From NCBI RefSeq assembly GCF_009914755.1, contig NC_060928.1: 64,000 nt of DNA; one strand, written 5' to 3'. The stretch's first letter is position 1; every line of letters starts with the position of its first letter. The stretch comes from the human T2T-CHM13v2.0 reference genome, Homo sapiens. Made by a program: the position numbers and the translations under genes. The notes under the pieces were generated by a model. The model was not told the DNA's origin. It saw only the letters and a program-made list of their open reading frames with translations, and ran no database searches. This document shows positions 1 through 16,697 of this stretch, one piece after another.

Positions 1-59
1 ACTCAGCAATTAGGCAATCCCTTCCTAAATACATTTTAGAGTAGTACTGGTCTTCTGAA

Positions 60-555
60 AACCCTTCAGGGTCTTCCAATTGCCTTTCCTATTATGTTGA
101 AAAGACATAAATGGCGACAGAAATCATTTAGACTCTCACCTACGACTCTAGTCTCATCCATCTTCATTGCTTCCTTTAAGTGAGATATTCAACTATCTTT
201 AGTATTTGAATGGTGTCAAATTCATCTACTTCAACAGTCATACTGTTTCTCTTGTTAAGCCCTTTCTCCTACCCTGGGCTTTTACACACACTATGTCTCA
301 AGTTAAAACTCATTTAAAACTCATATCCTCCTCAAAGACGGCAATTCATAGATTATAGCATGTCTCCCTGCTTTGTATCACCGTTCGTATTACATTTTAT
401 TGTAATTACTAGTTTGTTTTTCTTACCACTAGATGGCAGTTCTATTAGGCCAGGTACGTCTCCTGCTGCGTCTCTTGCTAACATTTTCTACTTCCAGCAT
501 GTATCTCAATATGTGGGAAGTGTTAAGCACTCAATAAATGTTTCTTAAATGAGAG
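60..555 (+). mobile_element. L2 LINE 3' fragment (old, diverged)
   Basis: L2-type 3' end 'aagcactcaataaatgtttcttaaatga' and 'ccactaga...' region; boundaries approximate. Confidence 0.55.
426..439 (+). promoter_or_regulatory. Candidate CTCF binding site
   Basis: CCACTAGATGGCAG matches the CCASYAGRKGGCRS core 14/14; binding not demonstrated. Confidence 0.5.
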
Positions 556-929
556 AATAGCAACTGGTAAGCTAGTTTCACACGTGCCAACTTGTACCCC
601 TTGACTGAAAGACATTTACAAATACTTAAAATTTACAAAAACTTAAATTGGTTTTCCGTTTGCAAATAATCTGTTTTCTTGATCAAGTACCTGCCTACTC
701 CTCTTTCTTCACTAAAATGTCATCATTAATCTATCTCCAGACATACTGCCATTATTGCAGTTATTTAAAGGGGCCACATTTAGTCTTGACTCTAGACTTT
801 TCCAAATGCTATTTTTATATCTAGTATACCCTTGTTTCCTTGTTTCTTTTATCTTTTAATCCTAAATAACCCCTATTTGTTAACTTTTTACTCAATACTG
901 AACATACTAATTCAACATCTATCTTCCCA

Positions 930-1062
930 TTTATATTGCAGTGCCTACAAGAGCAGAGTCAAAGTCTGTCTTGTTTACCAATATATTCTCAATGCTTCCT
1001 GGCATAGCGGATGGTGCAGAATAAAATCTCAATAATTATGTGTTAGGTTGATAAATAAAGAA
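930..1062 (+). mobile_element. L2 3' end fragment
   Basis: 'gtctgtcttgtttacc...cctggcatag...ctcaataattat' L2 terminal motifs. Confidence 0.5.
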
Positions 1063-1794
1063 TCTTTGAGATGAAATATGTCCAAAATAAGGAGATTGAT
1101 ATGCACCTTAGGATTTTTATTTTATTTGATGAAAAAGAAAGACTAAACCATGATCTGTCTTTGGTCTTCCTTATTAAAGAAACGATAAGTATAGTTAAGA
1201 GCTGATCTCTATAATTATTGGCTCCAGAGCTTCTTTATATAACATTTCTATTTTCCTTTGTGTCACACGGATTGATCTAGTAGGAAATAATTTACTCTGA
1301 ATTTGTAGTTCTTGTTACCAGTTATGGACAATTCTAGATCTATCGTTTGAGCCCTTAGACTAGCTGTAGAAATACTTCACTTCTTTCTAAATAGAGTAGG
1401 CTTTATTCATATTCTTTCAGGAAACAATCAATTTCCTTCTTTGAATATTCTAGACATTTTTAATGTGATTTTGGGTTTTCTTGGGAGGAAGCATTCTTTT
1501 TCATACTGGGGGACCCATGAAAGAATAGAATTACCATATACCTACAATCATAACAATTCTTGTTGAATACCATTAAACGCCATAGTTATTCATAATTTCA
1601 AGCCAACACAATAGTAAGTATCATTTGTTGGGCTTTTTATGGGCAAGCAAAGTACTAACTTCTTTACTGCATTATCTCATTTAATTTGTCAACAATTCTA
1701 TGTTCCAGATACTATTAATAGTGTTACTCTACTGATATGGAAACTCCTGGCTGACTGATATATTGAGAACAAGAGTAAAACCCAAATATGCTTT

Positions 1795-2385
1795 TTTCTT
1801 TTTTTAAATAATAGGTTTACTGAGTTATAATTTATATTACATACAATTAAAGTATACAGTTCAATGATATTCACAGAGTTGTACAACCATCACCACAATC
1901 AATTTTAGAACCTTCTCATCAACTCAAAAAAGAAAATTAGTCACCACTAGCAATCACTCCCTGTGACCCCCCCCACCCAACCAAACTGCCAGCCTTACAC
2001 ACCTGCCAATTTACTTTCTAACTCTACAGATTTCCCTGTTCTGAGCATTTCATATAAATTGAATCATACAATACTTATTCCTTTGTGAAAGCTTCTTTCA
2101 CTTAGTATGTTTTCAAGGTTCATCAACGTTATAGCATAGATCAATGTATTTCATTCCTTTCTGTGGCTGAATAATTTTTGTTGAGCCATTCATCAATTGA
2201 AAGACATTTGAATTGTTTCCACTTTTTGGTCATTATGAGTAGTGCTTCTTGCATGAACAGTCACGTACACGTTTGTGTGTGAACATACATTTTTGATTCT
2301 CTTGGATGCTTACCTAGAAATGCAATTACCAGGCCAGATGGTAACTCAGTTGAGGAACTGCCAAAGTGTTTTCAAAGAAGCCATT
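1795..2385 (-). mobile_element. L1MB-type 3' UTR fragment
   Basis: 'aagtatacagttcaatg...cacagagttgtacaaccatcaccacaatcaattttagaac' is typical antisense L1MB 3' end. Confidence 0.8.
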
Positions 2386-2496
2386 CCCTGGGTGTTGATA
2401 TTTCTCATTTTCATACATTTCTTTGTACTTTTCTCTGTGTTGGTATTTCTTTTTCTTTTTTAAAATATTTTCTTAGAGAGTTTATTTCTGAAATAA

Positions 2497-3918
2497 TTTT
2501 TTTTATTATACTTTAAGATCTGGGATACATGTGCAGAACGTGCAGATTTGTTACATATGTATACATGAGACTTGATGGTTTGCTGCACACATCAACCCAT
2601 CATCTACATTAGGTATGTCTCCTAATATCCCTGCCCTCGCCACCCATCCCCCAACAGGCCCTGGTGTGTGACGTTCTCCTCCCTGACTCCATGTGTTCTC
2701 ATTGTTCAACTCCTACTTTTGAGTGAGAACATGCAGCATTTGGTTTTCTGTTCTTGTGTTAGTTGGCTGAGAATGATGGTTCCCAGCTTCATCCATCTCC
2801 CTGCAAAAGACATGAACTCATCCTTTTTATGGCTGCATAGTATTCCATGGTGTATATGTGCCACATTTTCTTTATCCAGTCTATCACTGATGGGTTTTAG
2901 GGTTAGTTCCAAGTCTTTGCTATTGTGAATAGTGCTGCAATAAACATACATGTGTATGTGTCTTTATAGTAGAATGATTTATAATCCTTTAGGTGTATAT
3001 CCAGTAATGGGATCGCTGGGTCAAATGGTATTTCTGCTTCTAGATCCATGAGGAATCGCCACACTGTCTTCCACAATGGTTGAACTAATTTACACTCCCA
3101 CCAAGAGTGTAAAAGTGTTCCTATTTCTTCACATCCTCTCCAGCATCTTTTGTTTCCTTTTTAATGATTGCTATTCTAAATGGTGTGAAATGGTATCTCA
3201 TTGTGGTTTTGATTTGCATTTCTCTAATGACCAGTGATCATGAGCTCTTTTTTTAATACGTTTTTTGGCCACATAAATGTCTTCTTTGGAAAAGTGTCAG
3301 TTCATATCCTTCCCCCACTTTTTGTTGGGGTTGTTTGCTTTTTTCTTGTAAATTTTTTAAGTTCTTTGTAGATTATGGATATTAGCCCTTCGTCAGATGG
3401 ATAGATTACAAAAATTGTCTCCCATTCTGTAGGTTGCCTGTTTACTCTGATGATAGCTTTTTGCTCTGCAGAAGCTCTTTAATTTAATTAGATCCCATTT
3501 GTCAATTTTAGCTTTTGTTGCAATTGCTTTTGGTATTTTAGTCATGCAGTCTTTGCCCATGCCTATGTCCTGAATGCTATTGCCGAGGTTTTCTTCCAGG
3601 GTTTTTATGGTTTTAGGTCTTACGTTTAAGTCTTTAATCCATCTTGAGTTAATTTTTGGATAAGGTGAAAGGAAGGGGTCCAGTTTCAGTTTTCTGCATA
3701 TGGCTAGCCAGTTTTCCCAGTACCATTTATTAAATAAGAAATCATTTCCCCATTGCTTGTTATTGTCAGGTTTTTCAAAGGTCAGATGGTTGTAGATGTG
3801 TGGTGTTATTTCTGAGACCTCTGTTCTGTTCTATTGGTTTATACATCAGTTTTGGTACCAGTACCATGCTGTTTTGTTTACTGTAGCCTTGTAGTATAGT
3901 TTGAAGTCAGATAGCATG
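2497..3918 (-). mobile_element. L1PA7-like LINE-1, 3' (non-inverted) part with poly(A) at left
   Basis: 'ttttattatactttaagatctgggatacatgtgcagaacg'; ORF 2706-2951(-) is ORF2 C-terminus-like (FMSFAGRWMKLGTIILS). Confidence 0.93.
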
Positions 3919-4984
<1,066 letters not shown>

Positions 4985-5131
4985 TATTTTTCTAATCATT
5001 GTGCCATCTTGCCTCAAAATTAAAGAGTAATAAAATAATGTTAATTCTGGAGAATAAAATGCATTTATTAATTAAATCATTCATTTTTATTTTAGTAATT
5101 TTTGTTTTTTCTTTTGTTAAATTACAAAATA

Positions 5132-5622
5132 TTTTATTATTTATTTATCTTTATTATAGTTTCAGAGGGTATATTTACAGGTTCATTACATAAACATATT
5201 GCATAATGGTGAGATTTGGGCTTTTAGTTTACCTATCACCTGAATAGTAAACACTGTGCTCAACAGGTAATTGCTCAACCCTCACCACTCCCTCACTCTC
5301 CCCCTTTTTGGAGTTCCCAGAGTCTATTATTTCCTTCTATATGGCCATATTTACTCACTGTTTAGCTCCCACTTATAAATGAGAACATACAGGTTTGATT
5401 TTCTGAGTTATTTCACATAGAATAATGGTCTCTAGCTCCATTCACATTGCTACAAAATACATAATTTCATTCTATTCTGTGACTGTGTAGTGTTCCATGG
5501 TGTATATAAACCACCTTCCCTTTATTTAATTATCCATTGTTGGACACTTGGGTTGATCTGTGACTTTGCTATTGTTAATAGTGTTGCAATAAACATGAGT
5601 GTGCTTGTCTTTTTGATATAAC
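5132..5622 (-). mobile_element. L1PB-type 3' end fragment
   Basis: 'ggtgagatttgggcttttagtttacctatcacctgaatag...ctcccacttataaatgagaacat'. Confidence 0.8.
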
Positions 5623-5736
5623 ATACAAATGCAGTCATTTCTAAATGCAGAACATGTGCTCTGGACAAGAAAACTTAAGGTTCTGGTGATAGAATAAGAA
5701 GGCTTCCATCACATGGAAGCTCTACATTTTCACTGA

Positions 5737-6281
<545 letters not shown>

Positions 6282-8040
6282 TAATATATTAAGTTCTAAT
6301 TAAGATATTAGCATATATGGCGATACCTTAGCATTTTTATATAATGAGTTTCAAAGATCCTGTAAGTATTCTTCTTGAATCAAATATGTTAATAATACCT
6401 ATTGTGTTAAATATTCCATTTGTTTGTGCTGATAAACTTAACATTTACAATTTCCATCTGTCTCTAAGGTTCTTAATGATAATGCCATTGGTGAGGTAAG
6501 GTAGAGGTAAGTCGTCATGATAGAAGACCCAAACTTAAAAACTGAAGCATATATCAGTGCGACATGGATTTATTTGTTAATGTACTGGACAGGTTGAGAG
6601 CAAGTAACTCAAAATTGCAAATGGGCTTTGGCTAGGAGCACAGATTCTGAATTGAGATGAGTGAAATGACTGCTGGGTTTAAAAATAGAACTTATTAGCT
6701 AATGCACACCAGCCCACCTAGAATGCTGCCCCCTTTTCCAGAGAATGGCTCTAGAAAAAAATTTGGCTGTGTCTTTAATGTTTACAAAAAAATTTTCTTG
6801 CTCTTGTCATAAAAGTCAATATCTTCACAGAAAATATTTCTAACAAAGTCAATCAATAAATAGAAAGTGAAATACTAAATGAATGAGTTTAAGACTAGAA
6901 CTTTCCTTTAAAATAACATGTGGTGCTAAGGATAAACTTTTCCACCTAACTAGCTTAAAATATGTATGTTAGGAGAAAAAATATACTGTATTTAATACAT
7001 AGCATAACTGATTTAGAAAAAGTCGACTGGGATATTTGATGCTAGCGATATGAAAAGCTGAGAGTTCTTTATTTTATTGTTTTCTTTAATTTGATATACT
7101 TTTCTTTCTTATTCACTAGCTTCTGATGTACTTTTTATTATTTTTTTTTCTATTCTGACTAGTTTAAGTGCCCTTGTCAACAGTTCAGTTGCTGAATGAA
7201 GCAAAGTGTTAGTTATAGTGTGAAAATCTGGTGTGCTGTCAGAAAAGGGCAAGACATTAACTTGCGAATTTTGACTTCCAGTGTTCCATAGCTCAATGAT
7301 GGCTGAAAAGCCTCTCTTATGAATTACTGTTAGGGGTAACATGGCAGAAGCATTTATGAAGCTTTGTAATTATGCATGATATAAGCCTTCATCATACAGA
7401 ACTATGCTTCTGCAGTGTTTGTGATGGTGTTCTTTCTTTAAAAAATAATTAAAGGACCTCCTAGTTATAAAGTGGAGGTTATTTTCAGAGATATAATTTA
7501 TGAGAAGAACGCATCCTTCAGGAAATGACCTACAAAATCTTATGTCCAAAAGCATCCAGATCAAATAATCTGGATAAGTTTTGAAGTCGGGAACAAGCAG
7601 AGTAATAGTGTTACTGATACAACACGTGGAAGTTATAACCTCTGTAAAAACAAAATACCAGAGTGTATGGAGGTTGAGGGCCTTGCTTCAGAGTAGAGCT
7701 CCAGAAAACTGCATGATCAGTAGTCATGCAAAATGGCAAATAGTATGGAAGGACAGGATGATTGTGTGTTAGTATTCTGCCTCTCTAACCATGCCGTTGT
7801 CATTAGAATCCACAGTTGTATGATTATTCCAAGCACTCTTAAAAACTTTGAAACATCTGTGGTGTATGTAATTTGTGCAGTTTTGAGACATTTAGGTATT
7901 AAATATTATGTGGTTTTAGTATTATTTTGAGCTCCAATTTACATAATATGAGAATTAATTAAAATAGAATTTTTCCATATAGATTCCAGTAGAAAATCAT
8001 AATGGTTTGCAAGTTCTGATTTAACGTTAGTGGTCTCATG

Positions 8041-8257
8041 CAAGGTTTCTCAACCTTAAGACCGGTTGACATCTGGGGCTGGAAAATTCTTTAATTGTGG
8101 GGACTGTTCTGTGCATCGCAGGACGTTTGGTAGCACACCAGGAATCTATTGAATAGATACCAGTAGCAATATCTTCTTTTATTTGTGATGACAAAAAGTC
8201 TCCAGACACTGTCAAATGTCCCATAGGTATCAAAATCATGCCAGTTGAGAACCACTG
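8041..8257 (-). mobile_element. MER20 (hAT-Charlie) DNA transposon
   Basis: Termini 'ggtttctcaacc' / 'gttgagaaccactg'; internal 'tctccagacactgtcaaatgtccc'. Confidence 0.88.
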
Positions 8258-8274
8258 AATGAAGGCAAAGTGGG

Positions 8275-9390
<1,116 letters not shown>

Positions 9391-11477
9391 TAAAGCTGAA
9401 ATAAATGTAAGATAATCTCAATTCTTGTTTAGTTTCTGACGAAGTATTTTTAAATATGATATCTCTATTTCTCTATCTCTATCTCTGTCTTTGTCTCTCT
9501 GTCTCCTAGAGGTGAAGAACAATGAACTCCAGCTAAGATTTTCAAATTGTGTTCAGGTGTTCATGGTCTCTCTAAATCTAATGAGAACTTTATTTTTAAC
9601 ATGTTTTAAGTAATATTAAAAGTATAAAGGTGAAAATCTTGGAAAAGCCTCTGCTTAACTCTAATAAATACTAATATTTTGTAAATGCACATTTATATCA
9701 CTGGGTATTTTTGTGCTGACATCAGAAACTAGGCTTTTTCCCCTGCTGTTTCTGTGCATATAATACAATTTCTTAAAAATATGTACTTAAGAATGACTGA
9801 AATTCTGTGTTTGATTTTTTAACAAAAGTGTGCAAATCCAATCATCTAAACTTACCTAGGAAAATTATTAGGAAGCACATAAGTGCCTGCTAAACTATAT
9901 ACTAGTTAATTCTCAGACATGCGTGATCTTCACTACTCAGTTATTTGTTGAAAATAACAAGATTGTTCTGTACTCCTTATCTATTGATAATATTGGAATA
10001 TGATTTTCATGCTTCTTTGTCAGTTTGGAGTATTTTCTGTTACATTATTTACCAGAAATGAGAAAAGTGGGTATTGAAATTTAATGTAAAAATCTCTTAC
10101 TTCCATTTCAAATACCTTCATTTGTTTAAATAGAAGGTGTGTTGAGGTTTCCAAAAGTCCTATTGAAAATTACTTCCATTAACTGTGAGTTCTTCAGGTG
10201 GATTTCTATTTTCAAAACTGTGTAAGTGGAAAAAAGAGGAAATAAGTTGGATACTGAAACATATAAAACTGCAATTGTCACCCAGAACAACTGCTGCTAA
10301 CTTGTGTATTTATCGAAACAGGCTCTTTTTTTTTTTCTCCCATGGACTGACTTTTATTGTATACGTATTTTAAATTTGAACTTATAAAATAACTTATTTT
10401 ATTAAAGCACCCATTTAATATATTTTTATATTAGGATACTTCTTTAGTTTAATGTGAAAAACAATTCCATTGTGAAAAATACTTGAAACTAACATCTTTA
10501 GGCTGCAATAATTCTAAGTTTCTATTATGCCTATGCCAGGAGTTTATAAACTGTGAAAGATATTTAAGGGGGGGTGGAATTTGCTAAAAACTTAGTTTTA
10601 TATAATTATTTTATTATAATAACTATCATGCTATTTTCCCCCAAGTTTTTGTTGTTACTGAAATATGTGGTAGAAAATACAGAGATTTCATTTTTATCCA
10701 ATTCTGGGTAGTAGGTCCTTGTGTATGATTGATCTTTTGTAACACTGGTAAGAGACTTCAGCTGTCATCTGTCCCACTTTTACCCTCTTTTCCCACAACC
10801 TGTAAATACTTACTGTGTCCTCAGAATTTAACTCCCAATTGTGAATAAAGGCCAAAATAAACCATTGTCAGATGTTATATTTGTAAAGGCCATAGGCTAT
10901 AGGCAAGGATAGTGAGAATTATTTCTCTGCAGGTGTCTCAGCAAATAAGATGGGAAAATCCGCTCCTTGCTTTTCACCTCTTTCTTTCAAGTGAAACCCA
11001 GAGTAGTGAAGTTTTCACCTTAAAATGTTTCCTTGCAATTTGGATAAATTGAAACTGCCTGAGGGAATAGATTATTGAATGTTTTTTCACAAAATATTAA
11101 AAACAAAAAGAGAGAGCTCTTTCCAGACACTGCAGTAAACAGCCTTGGTCTTTTAATGGAACACCTATTTGCTGGTGCTATTCCTTCCTTTTCTGTAAAA
11201 GACACAGAAAAATAAAGAATGGAAGCTGTACACAAATAGACATCTGTGTTTAATACCAGGCTATCACTGTGAACTTCCTGGGGAAAAAAATGTAGCTGTC
11301 ATTGTGTACAGTGGCTCACAGTGTACGGTTTAGAGTGAGGCAGATATGATTTGGAACTCCAGATTTGTTTCTGCTAAGAATGGCGGTGTTTACTTTTGCT
11401 GAGTCCTTAATACGTTTTTGCTAAGGTCTTTGGATTTTCTCATTTATCCCTTATACTCACCTGCAACATTGGTGTAA

Positions 11478-11575
11478 TTATTGCTATTTTACAGATAATA
11501 GATCTGAGTGAGCCTCAGAGAGATTGCCCGAAGTGGCCAAACTTGTCAAAGCCAGGTTACAGCCAAGCTCTGTTA
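11478..11575. mobile_element. MIR fragment
   Basis: 'attttacagat...gagcctcagagagattgcccgaag' MIR core-like. Confidence 0.45.
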
Positions 11576-12262
11576 CCTTCCCTTTCCCAAGACTTAACCA
11601 AGGGCGGATACAAACAACTGGAAGAAAACAAACACTGAAAATATTATGATGCAAGCTCTGTAACCCCTTACATAATCCAAAATGATGATTTCAACCAATT
11701 TTTCCAAGCATCAAATTATTTCCCTTTTCTCTCTTTTTCAATTCTTTGAGCAAGTGCTTAGTCTACATCATCCAAGACTCTGTAAACACTATAATTCTTC
11801 CCAACACTAACTGCTATGACCTTCAGCAAGAAAACTATTTCTCAAAACTTCATTGTTCTTTATTTAGAAGAGTTTAAAACAAACTAATGTTAAGATTAAA
11901 ATTATAAGTATAGTGATTTTCATACTGCCAGAAAATTAGTAAGCACCTACCAAAGGAAAATATTACCAAGTACTTACTGGGGAAGGTTACTAGAAACATG
12001 GCAGTAAACAGGAACTCAAAAGTAAATTCAGTTGTAGAAACTGGATGAGAAAAATAGCCAAATTGCTTATTTTCATAAAACAAATTCTCTATCTCTAATA
12101 AATGGTTTTGATTCTTTCATTTAGCAATTATTAACATCTATTGTATACTAAGCAGTAGGGATTTTTTTTTAATGATAAGTTCCTATATTTAAAAAGTCAC
12201 AGAGAATACAGTTTGGTATTAATGTGACTACAGAATCCTGCTCAAGTGGTTTTGTCATGTCC

Positions 12263-12623
12263 TGGTATGAACTGAATGTTTGTGTTCCCCCAAAATGTAT
12301 ATGTTGAAGACATAATCTCTGAAATGACAGTATTTGGAAGTGAGGCATTTGGGAGGTAATTAGCTCATGAGGGTGGAGCCTTCATAAATGGGGTTATTGC
12401 CCTTGTAAAAATAAATACAGAAGAGATAATCTCCCTCTTGGCATGTAAGGGTCCAGCAAGATGACAGCTGTCAACAAGCTGGGAAATGGGATCTCACCAG
12501 ATGTTGAATCTGCTGGACCTTAATCTGGAGACTTTCCAGCCTCTAAAACTGTGAGAAATCAACTTTTGTTGTTTCAGCCTCTCAGTCTATGATAGTTTTG
12601 TTATATTAGCCCAAGCCAAGACA
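12263..12623 (+). mobile_element. MLT1A-type MaLR solo LTR
   Basis: 'tggtatgaactgaatgtttgtgttcccccaaaat...catgagggtggagcc...ccaagaca'. Confidence 0.87.
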
Positions 12624-12749
12624 TGCCAACAATAGTTTAACACTGATTTGGCCTTAATATTGTGGAACAGCATGATGTTAACTAGGAACAAAAATTTGAA
12701 AATGAGTAGCAGGAAATACTTCCATACTATGTTTAGCTTTTTGACCAAG

Positions 12750-13090
12750 TCACCATGTTCTTGCCTCAGGGCCTTTGCACTTGTTTTTCCATCTGTCTGG
12801 GACACTCTCCCCTACTTCCACTCCAATATCTCTATAGCTTAACCCTTCATCTTCATCATGTCTCTGCTCAAATATTCTCTTCTCAGCAAGTGTCCCACTA
12901 ACTATCTTGGTTTAAAAAATACCATCATCACCATTGAAGCCTCTAAAACCCACTTCCTCCAAAATCCTTTTCCTTATTTGCTATAGTTTTTTCCACAGGA
13001 CTTTTCATTCCTAAGAGTAAAATGTTGTATGCTTTTTTTTTGCTAGTAATTCTTTCCACGTTATTAGTGCTCAATAAATATTTGCAGAAT
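12750..13090 (+). mobile_element. L2 3' fragment
   Basis: 'gcctcagggcctttgcacttg' and 'gtgctcaataaatatttg'. Confidence 0.7.
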
Positions 13091-13268
13091 CAGTCTTGAG
13101 TTCTAAGAATAGTGTGCTCTAGAGGCCTACTATCCCAGTAGATCAGAATCATATAAATCATTTAGTAAAATCAACACAGTTAATCACAGTGGCCTCATTT
13201 CATTCAAAAAGAGAATGAAAAGAATGATGTGGAAGCCGTTTAGGGAATACAGTGTTCCTGGCAGGGGA

Positions 13269-13283
13269 GGGAGAGAGAGAGAG

Positions 13284-13314
<31 letters not shown>
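13269..13314. repeat. (GA)n microsatellite
   Basis: Direct reading. Confidence 0.9.
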
Positions 13315-13534
13315 TCTGGGGGCTGTTTTAAGAGAATCCCTTGTAAAGATTAGTCGAGCTTGCAGGAAGACTGATATTTGGCTGTTAGGTTGTGTATCTG
13401 TTTAGTCAACAGACCTACTGATATGTTAGTGAGTGACTGGACTCTGAAGTGGTGATCTGGACTTGAGCCATTTAGCCCATGCCTTCCATTAAAAATATCA
13501 GTCAGGGGACTCAGCATCAAAAGACCATAGGGAA

Positions 13535-14123
13535 TGTAAAAAGTAAAGTGAGGTTCCTCTTTAAAGACTTTCCTCCCTGTCTAATTAGGAATAAATAGTA
13601 ACTTCTCTTGAAGCAAAATTTATTCAAAGACCTGTGCTAACATTCTTAAATATCTGCTAGCCGTAATAAAGAAATCAATGTACTTTATGTTCTTGGTTCC
13701 CACAATTTAGCCTAAATATTTGCCCTGGCTTGCTTATACTGGTCCAAGCAAGCATTAGGTCATACCCTGTTCCTCTTCCTTATTTGAAGGTGTTTTTAAC
13801 TTTCTCAGCATTCCACAGGTTACTCCCTCCTTCCTTTGTTCTCCTTTGCCTTTGCCTGTTTTAAAAGGTTCTAAGTTGCTCGCCAATCTGGACAAATACA
13901 GAATGTGAGGTCCCATTGCAGCCAATGGAAACCAGACACAGCAGTAGGGTGGATGTGCCGGATTATAAATGACCCTGTCTCCTTTGTTTGGTGTACTCTC
14001 ATGGCAAAACTGCTGGAGATTGTACTCTTTATGCAGAAAATATAAAAATGACCTTGCTGAGAAAATTAAATTTATGTTCAAGTGCTATTTCTTTACGGCA
14101 CTGGAGAACAAGCATTTCAAACA
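13535..14123 (+). mobile_element. ERV1 solo LTR, LTR10C-like (HERV-I group), 589 bp
   Basis: TG...CA ends; 4-bp TSD ggaa (13531-13534 / 14124-14127); 'tgtaaaaagtaaagtgaggttcctct' start; CCAAT x2 and TATA. Confidence 0.85.
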
Positions 14124-16579
14124 GGAAGATGACTGGCCACTAGCACTGGCTGGGAAAATGTAGACAGATGTAGGAGTTAGGTTTAGCAGGATTAAATCTC
14201 AAAAACCAAGGGAATGTTGAAGTGAGAAGGTACTTGTTGAACTTCTCTGAACTACCCACACAAGCACCACGAGAGAGTTGGTGTTCAAATGCTTACCTCA
14301 GAGAAGATACTGAGTGCCACGCAGTGTTAGCCAGGACACAGGACCATCAACCAGAAAGGAAGCATGCTTCTAACCTTGTTTAGTAAAGAAATACTTGCTC
14401 TTTCCATCCTCTTCCCTACCCCTCATCACAACGAATGGAGGAGCCAGTGATTAGAAGAGGATGTAGTGTTCATTTTATAGTCCAAGTCTTTCTTCGTTCA
14501 TCCATTCTGAAAAGCCATGAACTCCACTTCAGTATGTAATTAGGGAGAGGAGAAATCAAGCTTTAAATACAGATTGACATTAAATTAAAAACAAAATAAA
14601 ATGAGGAGAATGTGTCTTAATTATCATAATGAGATATGAGTGATGCAAAAGCTATGCATCCAACCCAGATGTCACTAAAGAGCCGCCAAATGTTATTTTA
14701 CCCAAGAGAGTTGTAATGATGGCTATTGGAAGAAAGAAACCCTAGATGTTTATAAATCAATGAATTGGGATGGTTCAACCTTATAGCTACAGTGAGATTT
14801 AGGTTTTGTTTAGACAGCCTCTCTCTCAGTAAATAAAACATCTAATTGCATCTTTTACGGATATTTTACGTTTTTGTCTTTCAACATGAATTCTAAAATT
14901 AAAACCAAAACCTGAAACATTGGTGAAGGGTCTGGCCTAAATTATTCCCTTAAAAAAGAGTAGACATTTTAATTGTGATGGATAAAAACAATGGTTTCAT
15001 TGTGTTATGCTTCAGGAGATCTAAAAGTTTCAAACAATCAAAGAAGAAAATCAAGTGCAATTTGAGGCTGCAATGAGCCATGTTACATTTTAAGATGTGC
15101 CACAATCAACTGATGATTTGTAGGTAGACTAAAAAGGAAAGTTTCATGGGGTATCTCAATAAATATTGTTGAATAAAAGTCCTCTTTCCTTGAGAATTAT
15201 GAATACACCAATGACTAATTTAATAGAAAAAATGAAGGGAAAAAAAGGCAGTTACATTGGGCTTTGTGGTCTCCTACGATTAGTGTTACTCCCTACAGCG
15301 TCTCTCCCTGCTGCTGTGTTCACTTAAGCCATCACAATCAGCTGGAACACCTGGACAGCATGAGGAATGGACATCTCATCACATTTTCAAAATTGTTTAA
15401 AACATAGCAGTCAGTTAAGTGAACACTTTACCGAAAGAATAATGCAATGCATTAAAATAATAGAATAGGCAGTGAGGAACAAATATTGGGTAGTGGTAAG
15501 TAGAATGCACATATTTCCTTCTTGCGTTTATTCGCGTATAAATTTACTGTAACTATCTGACATTTCAGTTTTGAAGTTTCAAAATCCATGCCTTCTTTCT
15601 AATTAAACACTTCTACTGTTCAAAACAGCAGTAAAAATTTCTAAGTTTTGAAGCTATTGTTTTAATGATGGGAACTTCTGATCAATGTGTAGTTAATAAT
15701 AGTATTTTATATCTAGCATTATTTATCAGAACTGATTGAAATGGTTTAAAGGCTTTCATTTTTAACATTATGGGGCAATGGTTGGCAATATAATTTTTTT
15801 AACCTTTAAAAAATACTGAAGTAGAAAAAAATTAAATCTTTTTAGCTTCTCAGAAGAAAGGCAGCATGTAAATACAAATTATTCTTGAGTGATTTGTTTT
15901 TAATTCACAAAATGAATCAGTAGGGAACAGTTTTCAATAGAAATAAAATATTAGATTCTCAACTCTTTAACGGAATGAACTGTTGAGAGTTATTTCTTTG
16001 TTGGCAGTGGTAGTGATGGCAGGGAAGTTATTCCCATTTCGTGAAGGCAGCACTGACAACATATTTTCTTCTCTTCCTTCATTTCAATAAAACATAATTT
16101 CTAGAAGAGAATTCACATGAATTCAAAAAGTTGAAATCAGGATAAATATTGGAGGCTTATTTTGTTTACTCATAGTCTTCATTTGATAATAGTAAATTTA
16201 TTACCTAATTTAATAAGCTCATTCTCAAGTTCTACATTTAATTAGTATTAAGTGTACTTAGAATAGGTATTTTTGAAATATATACTTATTACAGGTCTTT
16301 TTATTCCAACTTTCTCCCATGTTGTTAAAAAACATTTTTTTGAATTTTTCATTAAGATTTTTATTTTGTTTTCCAGATTTTCTTATTACATTGGAATTAT
16401 ATCAATAATAAATTTATTAATAAAAACTGGAGTCTACTCTCTAGTCAAATTATTGTCATTTAAGGAGAGCAAAGTTGAGTCAAGTAAGGGAATGATGGGG
16501 TCATCAGTGAAACTGGAATTGATAGAAGGGTTCTGAAAGAGAAAATAAAACAAATGCCTATGACAAATTTGCCTCAGGT

Positions 16580-16697
16580 CAATTGTAAGCTCTGAAGGGC
16601 AAGGGAAAATAAGATCTTTTTTACTAGCCACTCTATTCATAGCAATTAGTACAATGTCTGGCACTGAATAAATATTTATTGAATAAATGAATTAATG
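16580..16697 (+). mobile_element. L2 3' end
   Basis: 'tgtaagctctgaagggcaaggg...gtctggcactgaataaatatttattgaataaatgaat'. Confidence 0.75.

Noticed and set aside
7370-7660. Possible minus-strand exon (acceptor-like ttttgtttttacag, one open frame) and small hairpins
   Set aside because: No recognisable protein, no convincing donor, and 7-8 bp stems are expected by chance.
9480-11000. Splice-acceptor-like motifs near 9509 and 10932
   Set aside because: No paired donors or coding signal; lncRNA exons cannot be supported from sequence alone.
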